Notes: generated from the letters alone by a model not told the origin. DNA of 64,000 bases from Blastocatellia bacterium (GCA_963765495.1 CAVXWP010000001.1:1024001-1088000), one strand, 5' to 3'. Positions 40,844 to 50,151 are shown, counted from the first letter of the stretch. A program made the numbers and translations.

Positions 40844-42395
40844 TGTGATAGGCGGCGGGCTGGGAGGGTTGAGCGCGGCCATACACCTGCGGCTGGCCGG
40901 GTATGATGTAGCTATTTATGAGGCGAACGAGCGTGTTGGCGGGCGTGCAAATCTGATAGAACGCGACGGATTTCGCTTCGATACGGGGCCGTCGCTGCTC
41001 AATTATCCGTGGGTCTTCGAGCAGCTTTTTGAAGCGGCAGGCCGCCGCTTCGAGGATTACGTCACGCTCTTGCCCGTCGATCCTTCGGTGAGTTTTCAAT
41101 GGCCGGATGGTACTCGATTTACCCTGTCGAGCGATCTGCATCATTTGCTGGATGAATGCGAGCGGTTGGATTCGGGCTCTCGCCCTCGCGTGCTCGCTTT
41201 CCTGCGCGATGCCGAGGTAAAGTACCGGACCTCTTTCGATAAGCTTGTGACGCGCAACGAAGATAATTTTGTTAAATGGCTCGGCGCGCTCTCGCCCCTG
41301 GAACTCTTGCGGACATCGGTCTGGCGCTCGCTTGCAAGCGAACTGGGCCGCTTCTTTCGCAGTCGTTACATTTGCGAGGCGCTCGGGTCGTATGGGATGT
41401 ATCTGGGAGGGTCACCTTACGATCTGCCCGGGCTGTTTTCGATACTGCCTTATGGTGAACTGGCTTACGGTTTATGGCTGCCTAAGGGCGGCGTTTACGG
41501 ACTTGTCTCGGCGATTGAAAAGCTGGCCGGTGAACTGGGCGTTTCTATTTACACGAATAAGCGCGTGCGGCGAATCCGTACGCGGCAGAATCGAGTGGAG
41601 GCGATAGAGTTTGAGGACGGAAGCAGATGCGAAACTCGTCTGGTCGTTTCGAATGTAGATGTGCCGACTACGGATACGGAGTTGCTGAGCGGGGCGGGCC
41701 TTTCAGGGCGCGCGCGCAGGCGAGCCGGTCGAACGCGAATGACGCCCGGGGTCCTGACCTTTTACTGGGGCATACGCGGAGCGGTCGAAAATCTGGGCCA
41801 TCATACGATTTTTCTGCCGGAGGATTATCGCGCCGCCTTCGATGAGTTGCTAAAGCTCAAGCGCATACCGGAGCAGATGCCTTTTTATGTCAGCCTACCT
41901 TCGGCCACTGACCCTGATCTAGCGCCCGCAGGCTGCACATCTATGTTCGTGCTTGTTCCCACGCCCTTACTTAGCGAGATGTCTGAAGCCGATTGGCTGG
42001 TGATTACCCGAGATGTGAAAGCGCGAGTGATTACCCGGCTCCGGTTTCACGGAATCAAATTCGACCCGGCGCAAATAGTTGTCGAAGAGGTTTACACACC
42101 ATTTGAATGGCGGCGGCGTTTCGGGTTATATGACGGCTCGGCATTCGGAGCGGCGCACACTCTCTTTCAAATGGGACCGTTGCGCGCCCGCAATTACTCG
42201 CGAGAAATCGAAGGGTTGTTTTACACGGGCGCGTCTACCACGCCGGGAACAGGACTCCCCATGGTAGTGCTGGGGGGCAAGATGGTAGCCGAAAGGATTC
42301 AACGCATGTGGCCCCTGGCCGAGCGTGGTGAAGAGGCCGCCTTTGAGATGTCAAAGCTGAGGTCCGACATCTCGAATCTCAAATCACAAATCTGA
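40761..42395 (+). CDS. crtI: Phytoene desaturase family protein
   Basis: VIGGGLGGL, FRFDTGPS, GLFYTGASTTPGTGLPMV; start uncertain; C-terminal tail encoded by an AAATCTC-type array. Confidence 0.85.
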   Translation: MAGENHKARASYQSKADSQPIAYSLQPTVIGGGLGGLSAAIHLRLAGYDVAIYEANERVGGRANLIERDGFRFDTGPSLLNYPWVFEQLFEAAGRRFEDYVTLLPVDPSVSFQWPDGTRFTLSSDLHHLLDECERLDSGSRPRVLAFLRDAEVKYRTSFDKLVTRNEDNFVKWLGALSPLELLRTSVWRSLASELGRFFRSRYICEALGSYGMYLGGSPYDLPGLFSILPYGELAYGLWLPKGGVYGLVSAIEKLAGELGVSIYTNKRVRRIRTRQNRVEAIEFEDGSRCETRLVVSNVDVPTTDTELLSGAGLSGRARRRAGRTRMTPGVLTFYWGIRGAVENLGHHTIFLPEDYRAAFDELLKLKRIPEQMPFYVSLPSATDPDLAPAGCTSMFVLVPTPLLSEMSEADWLVITRDVKARVITRLRFHGIKFDPAQIVVEEVYTPFEWRRRFGLYDGSAFGAAHTLFQMGPLRARNYSREIEGLFYTGASTTPGTGLPMVVLGGKMVAERIQRMWPLAERGEEAAFEMSKLRSDISNLKSQI

Positions 42396-42408
42396 TATCC
42401 GCAAGATT

Positions 42409-43218
42409 ATGTACGTCGAAAGATACGGAACGGGAACGAATGGCTATTTAGGGCTGCACGGATGGGGCGGCAGTCACCGGACGTTTGCGCCTCTGGTTCC
42501 TTATCTGCCCGAAGAGGCTGTTTTATATAGCGCGGACCTGCCCGGCTCGGGCAACTCGCCTGAGCCGCGCGAGTGGAGCTTGAAGGGAATCAGCGCGGAT
42601 ATTGCCGATACGATCCGAACAGTGGCCGACCGGAAAGTTACGATCATAGGCAATTGCAGCGGAGCTATACTCGGGCTTCTGGCCGCAAGACAGGCGAGTG
42701 ATTCGATAGAGCGGTTTGTCTTGATCGATCCGTTCGCCTACACGCCGTGGTACTTCAAAATTTTCGTGCAAACAAGCTGGGGCAAGTATGCCTATTATTC
42801 CACGTTTGCCAATCCTTTTGGCCGGTGGCTCACAAACCTTTCGCTCAAGCGCAAGCGAACAAAATCGTCAGACCTCACGCGGACTTTCAGCGCCGCAAAT
42901 CACGAGGCGACCTATCGCTATCTCAGGCTCTTATCGGAGATGAAAGAGGTTGGTCAGTTTGCTGATTTGCAGATGCCGATTGATATAGTTTACGGCGAAC
43001 GCACATTCGGCGCGGTCAGGCGCTCAATCGATTTATGGAGAGAGGTCTGGCCCGACCTCAGATGTTTTGAGCTTAAAGGAGCCGGGCACCTGCCTATCGA
43101 AGAGGCTCCAGAACAACTCAGCCGTATACTTTTTTCCCGCGCGGCGGATGAAATAAAAGTGGATGAAATAAAAGAGGACGCGGTTCCCCGGCTTGTGGCC
43201 GCCTCTGTCAAAGAGTGA
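42409..43218 (+). CDS. Alpha/beta hydrolase with GNCSG nucleophile elbow
   Basis: LHGWGG, DLPGSG, IGNCSG, GAGHLP. Confidence 0.85.
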   Translation: MYVERYGTGTNGYLGLHGWGGSHRTFAPLVPYLPEEAVLYSADLPGSGNSPEPREWSLKGISADIADTIRTVADRKVTIIGNCSGAILGLLAARQASDSIERFVLIDPFAYTPWYFKIFVQTSWGKYAYYSTFANPFGRWLTNLSLKRKRTKSSDLTRTFSAANHEATYRYLRLLSEMKEVGQFADLQMPIDIVYGERTFGAVRRSIDLWREVWPDLRCFELKGAGHLPIEEAPEQLSRILFSRAADEIKVDEIKEDAVPRLVAASVKE

Positions 43219-44168
43219 ATAAAAATAGAGAGGGATTTGTGCCAGAGGAGATATTCGATTTCATAGCTCGCCACAGACAGGCGTTGGAAAACTCGCTTGC
43301 GGCTCATTTGCCGGTAAGCGCTAGCCCTGGGACCCGGCGACTAAACGAGGCGCTTGATTATTCGATATTTCCCGGAGGCAAGCGCATGCGCCCTGTGCTT
43401 ACATTGCTTGGCGCTGTGATCGTAGGCGGGACTACAGCGCAGGCGCTCCCCGCCGCATGCGCGATAGAGTTTCTTCACACAAGCTCGCTCATACTCGATG
43501 ACCTGCCCGCGATGGATGATGCCGACCTGCGGCGGGGCCGCGCCGCAACGCACCTGATCTTTGGCGAAGCCATTGCAATCCTTGCAGCCCTGGCCCTGCT
43601 CAACAAATCTTATGCGCTGCTTGTTCAGGCTGCCCGCCAGACGGGAGCGGACTCGATTGCCGGGGCTCTCGTTTCGGAAGCGACGCGCTTGATAGGAGCA
43701 GACGGAATGATAGGCGGGCAGGCAGCCGATCTGGAATTGCATGTGGTATCGGTCGGAGCCGATGCGCTTGCGAGCCGCAGCTTGAAGACCACAGCCCTTA
43801 TGCGGCTCACGATGAGCGCAGGCGCATTGGTATGCGGCGCAAGCGAATTGGATGCAAACGCGCTCGCACAATTTGGCGAGTCACTGGGCACAGCCTATCA
43901 GATCGGCGACGATCTGCTTGATGAACTGGATGACAGCCGACTGACGGGCAAGAACAGTCGGCAGGATCGTCGCCATTTGCGCCCAAGCTACGTTGCCGAA
44001 CTGGGCGTGGAAGGAGCGCAGCGCATGGCCTTGAGTCTCGTAGATCAAGGCAAATCGGCTATCAGAGAACAATTCGGAAATCGCCCGGAAGCGCGCCTGC
44101 TCATCGAAGCCGCCGACCTGATTATGGGAAGACTCGGCCGCATGGAAAACGTGGGACGCGGGGCGTGA
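43215..44168 (+). CDS. crtE: Polyprenyl (probably geranylgeranyl) diphosphate synthase
   Basis: GGKRMRP, ILDDLPAMDD..RRG, GGQAADL, YQIGDDLLD; small residues before the first DDxxD. Confidence 0.85.
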   Translation: MNKNREGFVPEEIFDFIARHRQALENSLAAHLPVSASPGTRRLNEALDYSIFPGGKRMRPVLTLLGAVIVGGTTAQALPAACAIEFLHTSSLILDDLPAMDDADLRRGRAATHLIFGEAIAILAALALLNKSYALLVQAARQTGADSIAGALVSEATRLIGADGMIGGQAADLELHVVSVGADALASRSLKTTALMRLTMSAGALVCGASELDANALAQFGESLGTAYQIGDDLLDELDDSRLTGKNSRQDRRHLRPSYVAELGVEGAQRMALSLVDQGKSAIREQFGNRPEARLLIEAADLIMGRLGRMENVGRGA

Positions 44169-44273
44169 AAGGTGATTCGTGATCCGTAATGCGTGATCCG
44201 TGATTCGTGGGATTTGCAATTGCCCGTGAAAAGCCATTCGCCTGAAAATCACGCATCACCTTTCACGCATCAC
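44164..44273. repeat. Inverted heptamer arrays (CGTGATC/CGTGATT class) beginning at the crtE stop
   Basis: gcgTGAaaggtgattcgtgatccgtaatgcgtgatccgtgattcgtg ... tcacgcatcacctttcacgcatcac. Confidence 0.85.
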
Positions 44274-44281
44274 TATCAAAT

Positions 44282-45370
44282 ATGTCGCTAGTTCTGCTGA
44301 TCCTCGCCCTGACAATTCTTCTGGTGGTCGTGTGGAATGTTCTGGCCTGGCCCGGCTTCAAGGCCGCAGAGCCGGTTCACAATCGATTGGTTTCGGTGCT
44401 CATACCGGCCCGCAATGAAGAGGCTAACCTCGCGCGATGTATTGAGACCGTCCTTGAGCAGGGAGATATTGTTTTGGAGGTCCTGATCTATGACGACCAT
44501 TCGTCGGATGCGACCCCCGAAATAATACGCGAGTATGAAAGGCGTGACGGACGCGTTTGCCTCGTGGCAGCCGAAGAGCTTCCTGGCGGGTGGTGCGGAA
44601 AGAATTTTGCCTGCGCGCAACTGGCGCGGGCTGCCAAGGGCCAATGGCTGCTCTTTCTGGATGCCGATGCGCGGCTTGCAGACGGGGGCGTTCAAAAGAT
44701 GGTTGAGGAGGCCCGCCGCCGCCGGGTCACTTTGATTTCAGCCTGGCCCGCTTTGATTCTTGAAAGCTTCTGGGAAAAAGCGTTGATGCCTCTGCTCAAC
44801 TTTGTCGTCTTCACGATCTATCCCGCCCCGCTTTCGCTTGCGCGTACGGATGCGTCACTGGGAATAGCGCATGGGGCCTGCATAATGGTTGATCGCCTGG
44901 TGTACGGGCGGGTAGGCGGGCACAGCAGTGTGCGGGATCAGATTTTTGAGGATGTGAGGCTTGCGCAATTGTGGCGCGCGGAAGGCAATCGCGGGCTTTG
45001 CCTGGACGGGCAGCATATCGTGTGTGTTCGAATGTACACCTCGCTCAGAGAAATCTGGTTCGGATTTCAAAAGAATTTCTTTCCCGCCTTTCGCCAGGAA
45101 TTGAGCTTCTGGGCATTTCTCGCGCTTCACTTCGTCGTGTTCCTCTTGCCTTTTCTGCTGGCGGGCTGGACAGGCGGATGGTCAATGCGGCTCGCAGTCG
45201 CAAGCATTCTTGCAATGCGTTTGCTACTTGCGCTCCGCTTCCATCACCCGCTATGGTCCGCGCTGCTTCATCCCGTGGCCGAGATTATCCTGATTGCGCT
45301 CGGGCTCTCTTCGTGGTGGAGATCAAAGAGCGGCAAGGGCGTTGAGTGGAAAGGAAGACGGTATCAGTAA
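44282..45370 (+). CDS. GT2 glycosyltransferase, carotenoid glucosyltransferase-like (CruC/CrtQ type)
   Basis: VLIPARNEE, DDHSSD, GWCGK, FLDAD, FEDV, WKGR. Confidence 0.85.
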   Translation: MSLVLLILALTILLVVVWNVLAWPGFKAAEPVHNRLVSVLIPARNEEANLARCIETVLEQGDIVLEVLIYDDHSSDATPEIIREYERRDGRVCLVAAEELPGGWCGKNFACAQLARAAKGQWLLFLDADARLADGGVQKMVEEARRRRVTLISAWPALILESFWEKALMPLLNFVVFTIYPAPLSLARTDASLGIAHGACIMVDRLVYGRVGGHSSVRDQIFEDVRLAQLWRAEGNRGLCLDGQHIVCVRMYTSLREIWFGFQKNFFPAFRQELSFWAFLALHFVVFLLPFLLAGWTGGWSMRLAVASILAMRLLLALRFHHPLWSALLHPVAEIILIALGLSSWWRSKSGKGVEWKGRRYQ

Positions 45371-45445
45371 TCAGGGGCCGGTGGCCGGTGACACTTGGAG
45401 GGTATAAGTCTGATCCGTGAAATTCCGTTCAGATTTGTTTGAATT

Positions 45446-46912
45446 ATGCGAGAGAGAAGGGCGGTAATAATCGGGGGTGGGCTGGGCGGGCTTGCCGCCG
45501 GATTGCGGCTGGCGGTTCGCGGCTGGAAGGTGACTATCTGCGAGCAATCGAGCAGACCTGGTGGGAAGATGAACACGTGGGGCGAGCGCGGGTTTCGCTT
45601 CGATACCGGGCCGTCGTTGATCACAATGCCATGGGTCTTTGAAGAACTGTTTGAAGTTGCGGGCGTACGCCTGCGAGATCACATAGAGCTTTGTCAGGTG
45701 CACCCGCTTGCGGATTACATCTACGAGGATGGGACGCGATTCACTTATACGACATCATTGCCTGACTGGCTCGACACGGTGCGCGGGCTTGAGGCGCGTG
45801 ACGTAAATGGATTTCTGAAATTCATGGAGCTGGGCGCAAAGCTCTACGAAGTGTCCAAAGAGACTTTCCTGCGCCGCCGCCCTTTAGACCCGCCTGATGC
45901 GCGCTCGATGTCGGCGCTCAGACACATGCCTTTGCGTTACGGCTGGGGCAATTATCATCGCACGGTCGCGGCGCATTTCAAGAGCCCGCACCTCAGACAG
46001 CTTTATGATCGCTATCCGACATATGTCGGCTCGTCGCCTTATCAGTCGCCTGCGACATTGATAGTGATTCCCTATATCGAATATGCGTTTGGCGGCTGGT
46101 ATGTGAAAGGGGGGCTTTATCGGATTATCGAGAGCCTTATTGAATTGATCGGGCAGGCGGGCGCGGAATTGCTCACAGACGCGCGTGTTGAGCGCATTGA
46201 ACACGAAGGGAAAAAGGTGCGAGGCGTGAAGTTGAGCGACGGCACACGGCTGCCTGCCGATGTGGTCGTGATGAACGGAGACGCCTCGTTTGCGCCCCGG
46301 TTGTTAGGCGAAGACCCGGCGGCAGAATTGCCGCTATGTGAGCGGTCGCTTTCGGGGCTGGTATTTCTATTTGGCATCAAGCGCACTCTGCCGGATCAGC
46401 CGCATCACTCTATCTATTTTTCTTCCGATTATGAAAGCGAGTTTTCTCAACTTTTCGATCAGCGCCGCTTCCCCGACGATCCTACGATCTATGTCAACAT
46501 TCCGAGCCGAAGCGACCGGAGCGTGGTGCCCGGCGAGGGCGAAACGTTGTTTGTGATGGCCAACGCTGCTGCGGGCGGCGAAGACTGGACAGATGAAAAG
46601 ATATTTGAAGCGCGCAAGCTGATTTTTGAGCGGCTGAGTCGAGGCGGATTTCCCGACATCGAACCCTTCGTAGTCGTCTCTGATGTCTGGACACCGCAGC
46701 GAATTGCCCAAAGCTATTTAATGCCGGGCGGAGCCATTTACGGCACGCACTCGCACGGCTGGAGACGAGCCTTCCTGCGCCCGCCGAACAAAGATAAACG
46801 CCACGAAGGGCTCTATTACGTAGGCGGCAGCACTCATCCCGGCGGCGGAACACCTACTGTTTTGATGTCGGCCCGCATCACTACGGATTTAATTTTGAGT
46901 TTTGAGTTTTGA
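45446..46912 (+). CDS. Second phytoene desaturase family protein (CrtD-like 3,4-desaturase candidate)
   Basis: IIGGGLGGL, FDTGPSL, LYYVGGSTHPGGGTP. Confidence 0.85.
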   Translation: MRERRAVIIGGGLGGLAAGLRLAVRGWKVTICEQSSRPGGKMNTWGERGFRFDTGPSLITMPWVFEELFEVAGVRLRDHIELCQVHPLADYIYEDGTRFTYTTSLPDWLDTVRGLEARDVNGFLKFMELGAKLYEVSKETFLRRRPLDPPDARSMSALRHMPLRYGWGNYHRTVAAHFKSPHLRQLYDRYPTYVGSSPYQSPATLIVIPYIEYAFGGWYVKGGLYRIIESLIELIGQAGAELLTDARVERIEHEGKKVRGVKLSDGTRLPADVVVMNGDASFAPRLLGEDPAAELPLCERSLSGLVFLFGIKRTLPDQPHHSIYFSSDYESEFSQLFDQRRFPDDPTIYVNIPSRSDRSVVPGEGETLFVMANAAAGGEDWTDEKIFEARKLIFERLSRGGFPDIEPFVVVSDVWTPQRIAQSYLMPGGAIYGTHSHGWRRAFLRPPNKDKRHEGLYYVGGSTHPGGGTPTVLMSARITTDLILSFEF

Positions 46913-46920
46913 GTTTTGAA
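46893..46920 (+). repeat. Left heptamer arm (TTTTGAG)x3 + TTTTGAA
   Basis: Directly visible; supplies the TGA stop (46910-46912) of the upstream desaturase. Confidence 0.95.
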
Positions 46921-46944
46921 TTATGACTGATTCAGGAGGCAAAA

Positions 46945-47292
46945 ATGCCGGAAAGCGTTATTCAGAAAAAGAGTTTTGAATTTGCTCTCCAGATTATACG
47001 ATTATACCGAGAACTTCAGGTAGAGCATGAGTATGTGCTATCCAGGCAGTTACTGCGAAGCGGAACCAGTATAGGAGCCAATGTTGAAGAAGCCAGTGCC
47101 GGTCAAAGTCGTAAAGATTTTCTCTCCAAGATGGCTATTGCTTCAAAAGAAGCCAGGGAGACGAGATACTGGTTACGGCTATTGCAAGCATCCAGACTTG
47201 TGAAAATTGATGTGAAAAATGAGATTACTTTGGTTGATGAAATAATCCGAATTCTAACTTCTATAGTGAAAACAACCGGCGAAAGACCTTGA
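46945..47292 (+). CDS. Four helix bundle protein (TIGR02436 / 23S rRNA IVP-like)
   Basis: KSFEFAL, LSRQLLRSGTSIGANVEEA..GQSRKDFLSKMAIASKEARETRYWL; AGGAGG RBS; AT-rich. Confidence 0.93.
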   Translation: MPESVIQKKSFEFALQIIRLYRELQVEHEYVLSRQLLRSGTSIGANVEEASAGQSRKDFLSKMAIASKEARETRYWLRLLQASRLVKIDVKNEITLVDEIIRILTSIVKTTGERP

Positions 47293-48029
47293 TCAACTCA
47301 AAACTCAAAACTCAAAACTCAAAACTATTTATACTCCTCCTTTTATCAGTAGCATATGTCGTGATGTGGATTGGCGGCGTGGGCGTTCATGTCTTTGGCA
47401 ACGGATTGGTTGATGATACGCCGTGGGCGGCTCCGGTCTTTCTGCTGCTTGCCGGGCTCATAGTTGTTGTAACAACGAGCCGGTATGATCTGCCGGGTCT
47501 TCTTGCGGTGACGTTGTTGGGTTTTGCTGCGGAGGTTGTCGGGGTGCGCTATGGGTTTTTATTCGGAGCCTATGATTATACGCCCACACTTAACCCTCAA
47601 CTTTTCGGCGTGCCACTTGTGATGGCGAGCGCATGGCTTGTGCTTGTGGCCTATATCAAACAGGCGCTGGTGGGGTTTGATTTGCCCGCGTGGCTTGAGG
47701 TGTTGCTGTCGAGTCTCTGGATAACAGCTATAGATTTGATTATCGACCCGCTCGCCTCGGGCAAACTAGGGTACTGGCGCTGGGTGGAAGAGGGAAGTTA
47801 TTACGGCGTCCCGGCGCATAATTTTATCGGATGGTTCGCGGTGAGCCTGTTGATATTCGGCTTGATAAGGTTATGGAGCGGGCACAATTGGAAGAAAAAC
47901 ATCTGGGCCGGTTATGTCGGATTGAGCATAATTCTTTTCTTCACCCTGATAGCCCTCTCCCACGGGCTGCTTCTTGCCGGTGGAATCGGCATATTACTTT
48001 GCGCCGTTCAATTAATCAGTAGGCGGTAG
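47289..48029 (+). CDS. Carotenoid biosynthesis membrane protein, CruF (1,2-hydratase)/DUF422-like
   Basis: AEVVGV..GFLFGAYDY, FGVPL, DLIIDP, YWRW, GVPAHNFIGWF. Confidence 0.85.
   Translation: MINSKLKTQNSKLFILLLLSVAYVVMWIGGVGVHVFGNGLVDDTPWAAPVFLLLAGLIVVVTTSRYDLPGLLAVTLLGFAAEVVGVRYGFLFGAYDYTPTLNPQLFGVPLVMASAWLVLVAYIKQALVGFDLPAWLEVLLSSLWITAIDLIIDPLASGKLGYWRWVEEGSYYGVPAHNFIGWFAVSLLIFGLIRLWSGHNWKKNIWAGYVGLSIILFFTLIALSHGLLLAGGIGILLCAVQLISRR
47297..47324 (+). repeat. Right heptamer arm (CTCAAAA)x4, inverse of the left arm
   Basis: Directly visible; encodes NSKLKTQNSK at the N-terminus of the next ORF. Confidence 0.95.
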
Positions 48030-48140
48030 GCAAGTAGGCAGTTCTCGGAGTCGGGAACCACCTTTCCTTATGCATACGCCATGCTCTTTTTAGGAAGCCG
48101 TCAGTTCATTATCAATTGCCTACTGCCTACTGCCTACTGC
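48018..48140. repeat. Inverted heptamer arrays (GTAGGCA class) supplying the stops of both convergent genes
   Basis: agtaggcggTAGgcaagtaggcag ... tgcctactgcctactgcCTActgc. Confidence 0.88.
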
Positions 48141-48862
48141 GAAAGGCGGAAGTCGGCATAAAGCGGCAGATGATCGGAGGCGATCATCGCCGTGCGGCTC
48201 TTGTGCAGTTTCAGCCCTTCCAGTTTCAGCCCTTCATCAAAGTAGATATGGTCCAGGTGCAGGAAGGGAAGCACGCCGGGATAGGTCTTTGAGCGTTCCA
48301 GATGCTCGCGCACATCGGCGCTCTTGAGGTGCGCGCCAAGCAGTTGCGTAGTCAATCCGCGAGTCCACTCGTTGAAGTCTCCAAGCATTATCCGCTCGCC
48401 CTTTAACTCTTCATTCTTAAGTATGGCGGAATCTATGAGTTTGCGGGCCTGATGGCGGCGTTCCAAATAAGCCGTGCCTAGATGCACGTTGAAGACGTGG
48501 AGCAGCCGCTTTTCGCCTATCTCCAGGTCTGTGCGTAGGCAGCCGCGCTGCTCACGCCCGCGCACGCTTATGTCGTAATTGCGCGTCTCGCGTACGGGGA
48601 AACGGCTCAACACCACGTTGCCGTATGCTCCGCCTCTGTAACGGCGATTCTCTCCGAGCGCATAATCGAATCCCAGTTCTTTGGCCATAAACTGCGCCTG
48701 ATTCTGTTCGGGAGAAGTGTCTTCGATGCTCACGACTTCCTGAAGCGCGATTATATCCGCGTCTATTTCGCGCAGCACTTCCAGGATGCGAGTGGGACGG
48801 ACCCTGCGGTCCAATCCCCGACAACGATGGACGTTGTAAGTGACTATGCGTAACCTGTCCAT
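48134..48862 (-). CDS. Endonuclease/exonuclease/phosphatase family protein (YbhP-like)
   Basis: TYNVH, ALQEV, NVHLG, GDFNEW, LDHI, SDHLP. Confidence 0.9.
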   Translation of the reverse strand: MDRLRIVTYNVHRCRGLDRRVRPTRILEVLREIDADIIALQEVVSIEDTSPEQNQAQFMAKELGFDYALGENRRYRGGAYGNVVLSRFPVRETRNYDISVRGREQRGCLRTDLEIGEKRLLHVFNVHLGTAYLERRHQARKLIDSAILKNEELKGERIMLGDFNEWTRGLTTQLLGAHLKSADVREHLERSKTYPGVLPFLHLDHIYFDEGLKLEGLKLHKSRTAMIASDHLPLYADFRLSQ

Positions 48863-48870
48863 CTGTTCTT

Positions 48871-50151
48871 TTATTGCTGACGTTCCAGTAACCATCCTAT
48901 TATTTCCTGAGCCTTCTCAAATATCGAGCGACCCTGCCATTCATGATAAGAGATAGCGCGGCTGTTGGCCAGATCGCTTGCGAAGTCTTTTTGTAAGCGG
49001 GAGGCGAAGGCCGAATCATAGGCGGCGAGATTGACCTCATCATTCAAGCCGAATGAGCGGGTGTCGAAATTGGTCGTGCCCACGACGCTCCACCTCGAAT
49101 CAACGATCATGATCTTGGCGTGTATCATCGAAGGCTCGTACTCGTAAATTTTCGCGCCCGCCCTGAGCAGATCGCCGTAGAGGCGGCGGCTCGATCTTCT
49201 GGTCAGTATATGATCGCTGTGGCGACCGGGAGTAATGATCTTGATTTCTACGCCGCGCTCTTTGATGGCGCGGACCATCTCATCACGGGCGCTTTTGTCG
49301 GGCAGGAAATAAGGCGTTGTGATCTGGATGCTCTGGCGCGCGGAAGCCAGCAGCGTTTGAAAGAGAATCCTGGCGCGAGTCGATGCGCCCGTCGTGGGCG
49401 AGCTGTCAATGACAAGCGCCCGGGTCGGTCCTTCGACTTCGCAAAGTGGAAAATATTCCGCCCCGGCAAGTATCTCGCCCGATGATTCGAGCCAGTTTTC
49501 CACAAAGGTGGACTGCAATCCGGTCACAGCCGTGCCCTCTAGGCGAAACATAGTATCGCGCCACCGCCGCTTTCCGCTCCTGCCCTTCAGCCAGTGATCG
49601 GCTATGCCTGCGCCGCCGATGAACCCGATTTCACCGTCAATGATTATAATCTCGCGGTGCGTGCGGTTATTGATGCGGGGGAGCGTGTACCATCGGATGG
49701 GGTGATACCAGCTGACGCGCCCGCCCGCATCCGTAAGCTCTTTGAAGTAGCTGTTCCAGGTAGCAAAGCTCCCGACCGCATCGAGCACGATATTGATTTT
49801 GACGCCCGCGCGCGCGCGTTCCGTGAGCGCCCGGACGAAGCGGTCCGCGACCTCGCCTTTTTGAAATATGTAGGCTTCGATATTGATGTTGCGACGCGCC
49901 TTGCTTATCGCCTCAAGCTCGGCTTCGTAAAACACCTCGCCGTTTGAGAGCACTTCGACGCGTCCCCGGCCCCGAACCTGGGAATCGGTTATGGCTTCGA
50001 GGATGCGCAGAAAATCCTCGGAGTCGAGCGAATCGGCGGGCGGTCCGGCTATTTTGTAAGGCAGCCCCGGCTCAAACAGCGCCAGAAAGAGCATCAGCGC
50101 AAGGAAGGCAATCGAGATGATTGCGATGACATTGAAGGCCGAGATGTCCAT
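48871..50151 (-). CDS. Cardiolipin synthase / phospholipase D family
   Basis: Two PLD motifs: [11 protein letters not shown] (variant) and IHAKIMIVD...GTTNFD. Confidence 0.88.
   Translation of the reverse strand: MDISAFNVIAIISIAFLALMLFLALFEPGLPYKIAGPPADSLDSEDFLRILEAITDSQVRGRGRVEVLSNGEVFYEAELEAISKARRNINIEAYIFQKGEVADRFVRALTERARAGVKINIVLDAVGSFATWNSYFKELTDAGGRVSWYHPIRWYTLPRINNRTHREIIIIDGEIGFIGGAGIADHWLKGRSGKRRWRDTMFRLEGTAVTGLQSTFVENWLESSGEILAGAEYFPLCEVEGPTRALVIDSSPTTGASTRARILFQTLLASARQSIQITTPYFLPDKSARDEMVRAIKERGVEIKIITPGRHSDHILTRRSSRRLYGDLLRAGAKIYEYEPSMIHAKIMIVDSRWSVVGTTNFDTRSFGLNDEVNLAAYDSAFASRLQKDFASDLANSRAISYHEWQGRSIFEKAQEIIGWLLERQQ

Noticed and set aside
43146-43176. 15-bp tandem duplication (DEIKVDEIKE) in the hydrolase tail
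   Set aside because: In-frame, in a probably disordered tail; no evident consequence
554-48140. Short repeat arrays as possible CRISPR
   Set aside because: Units are 7-9 bp, tandem, without unique spacers; no cas genes seen
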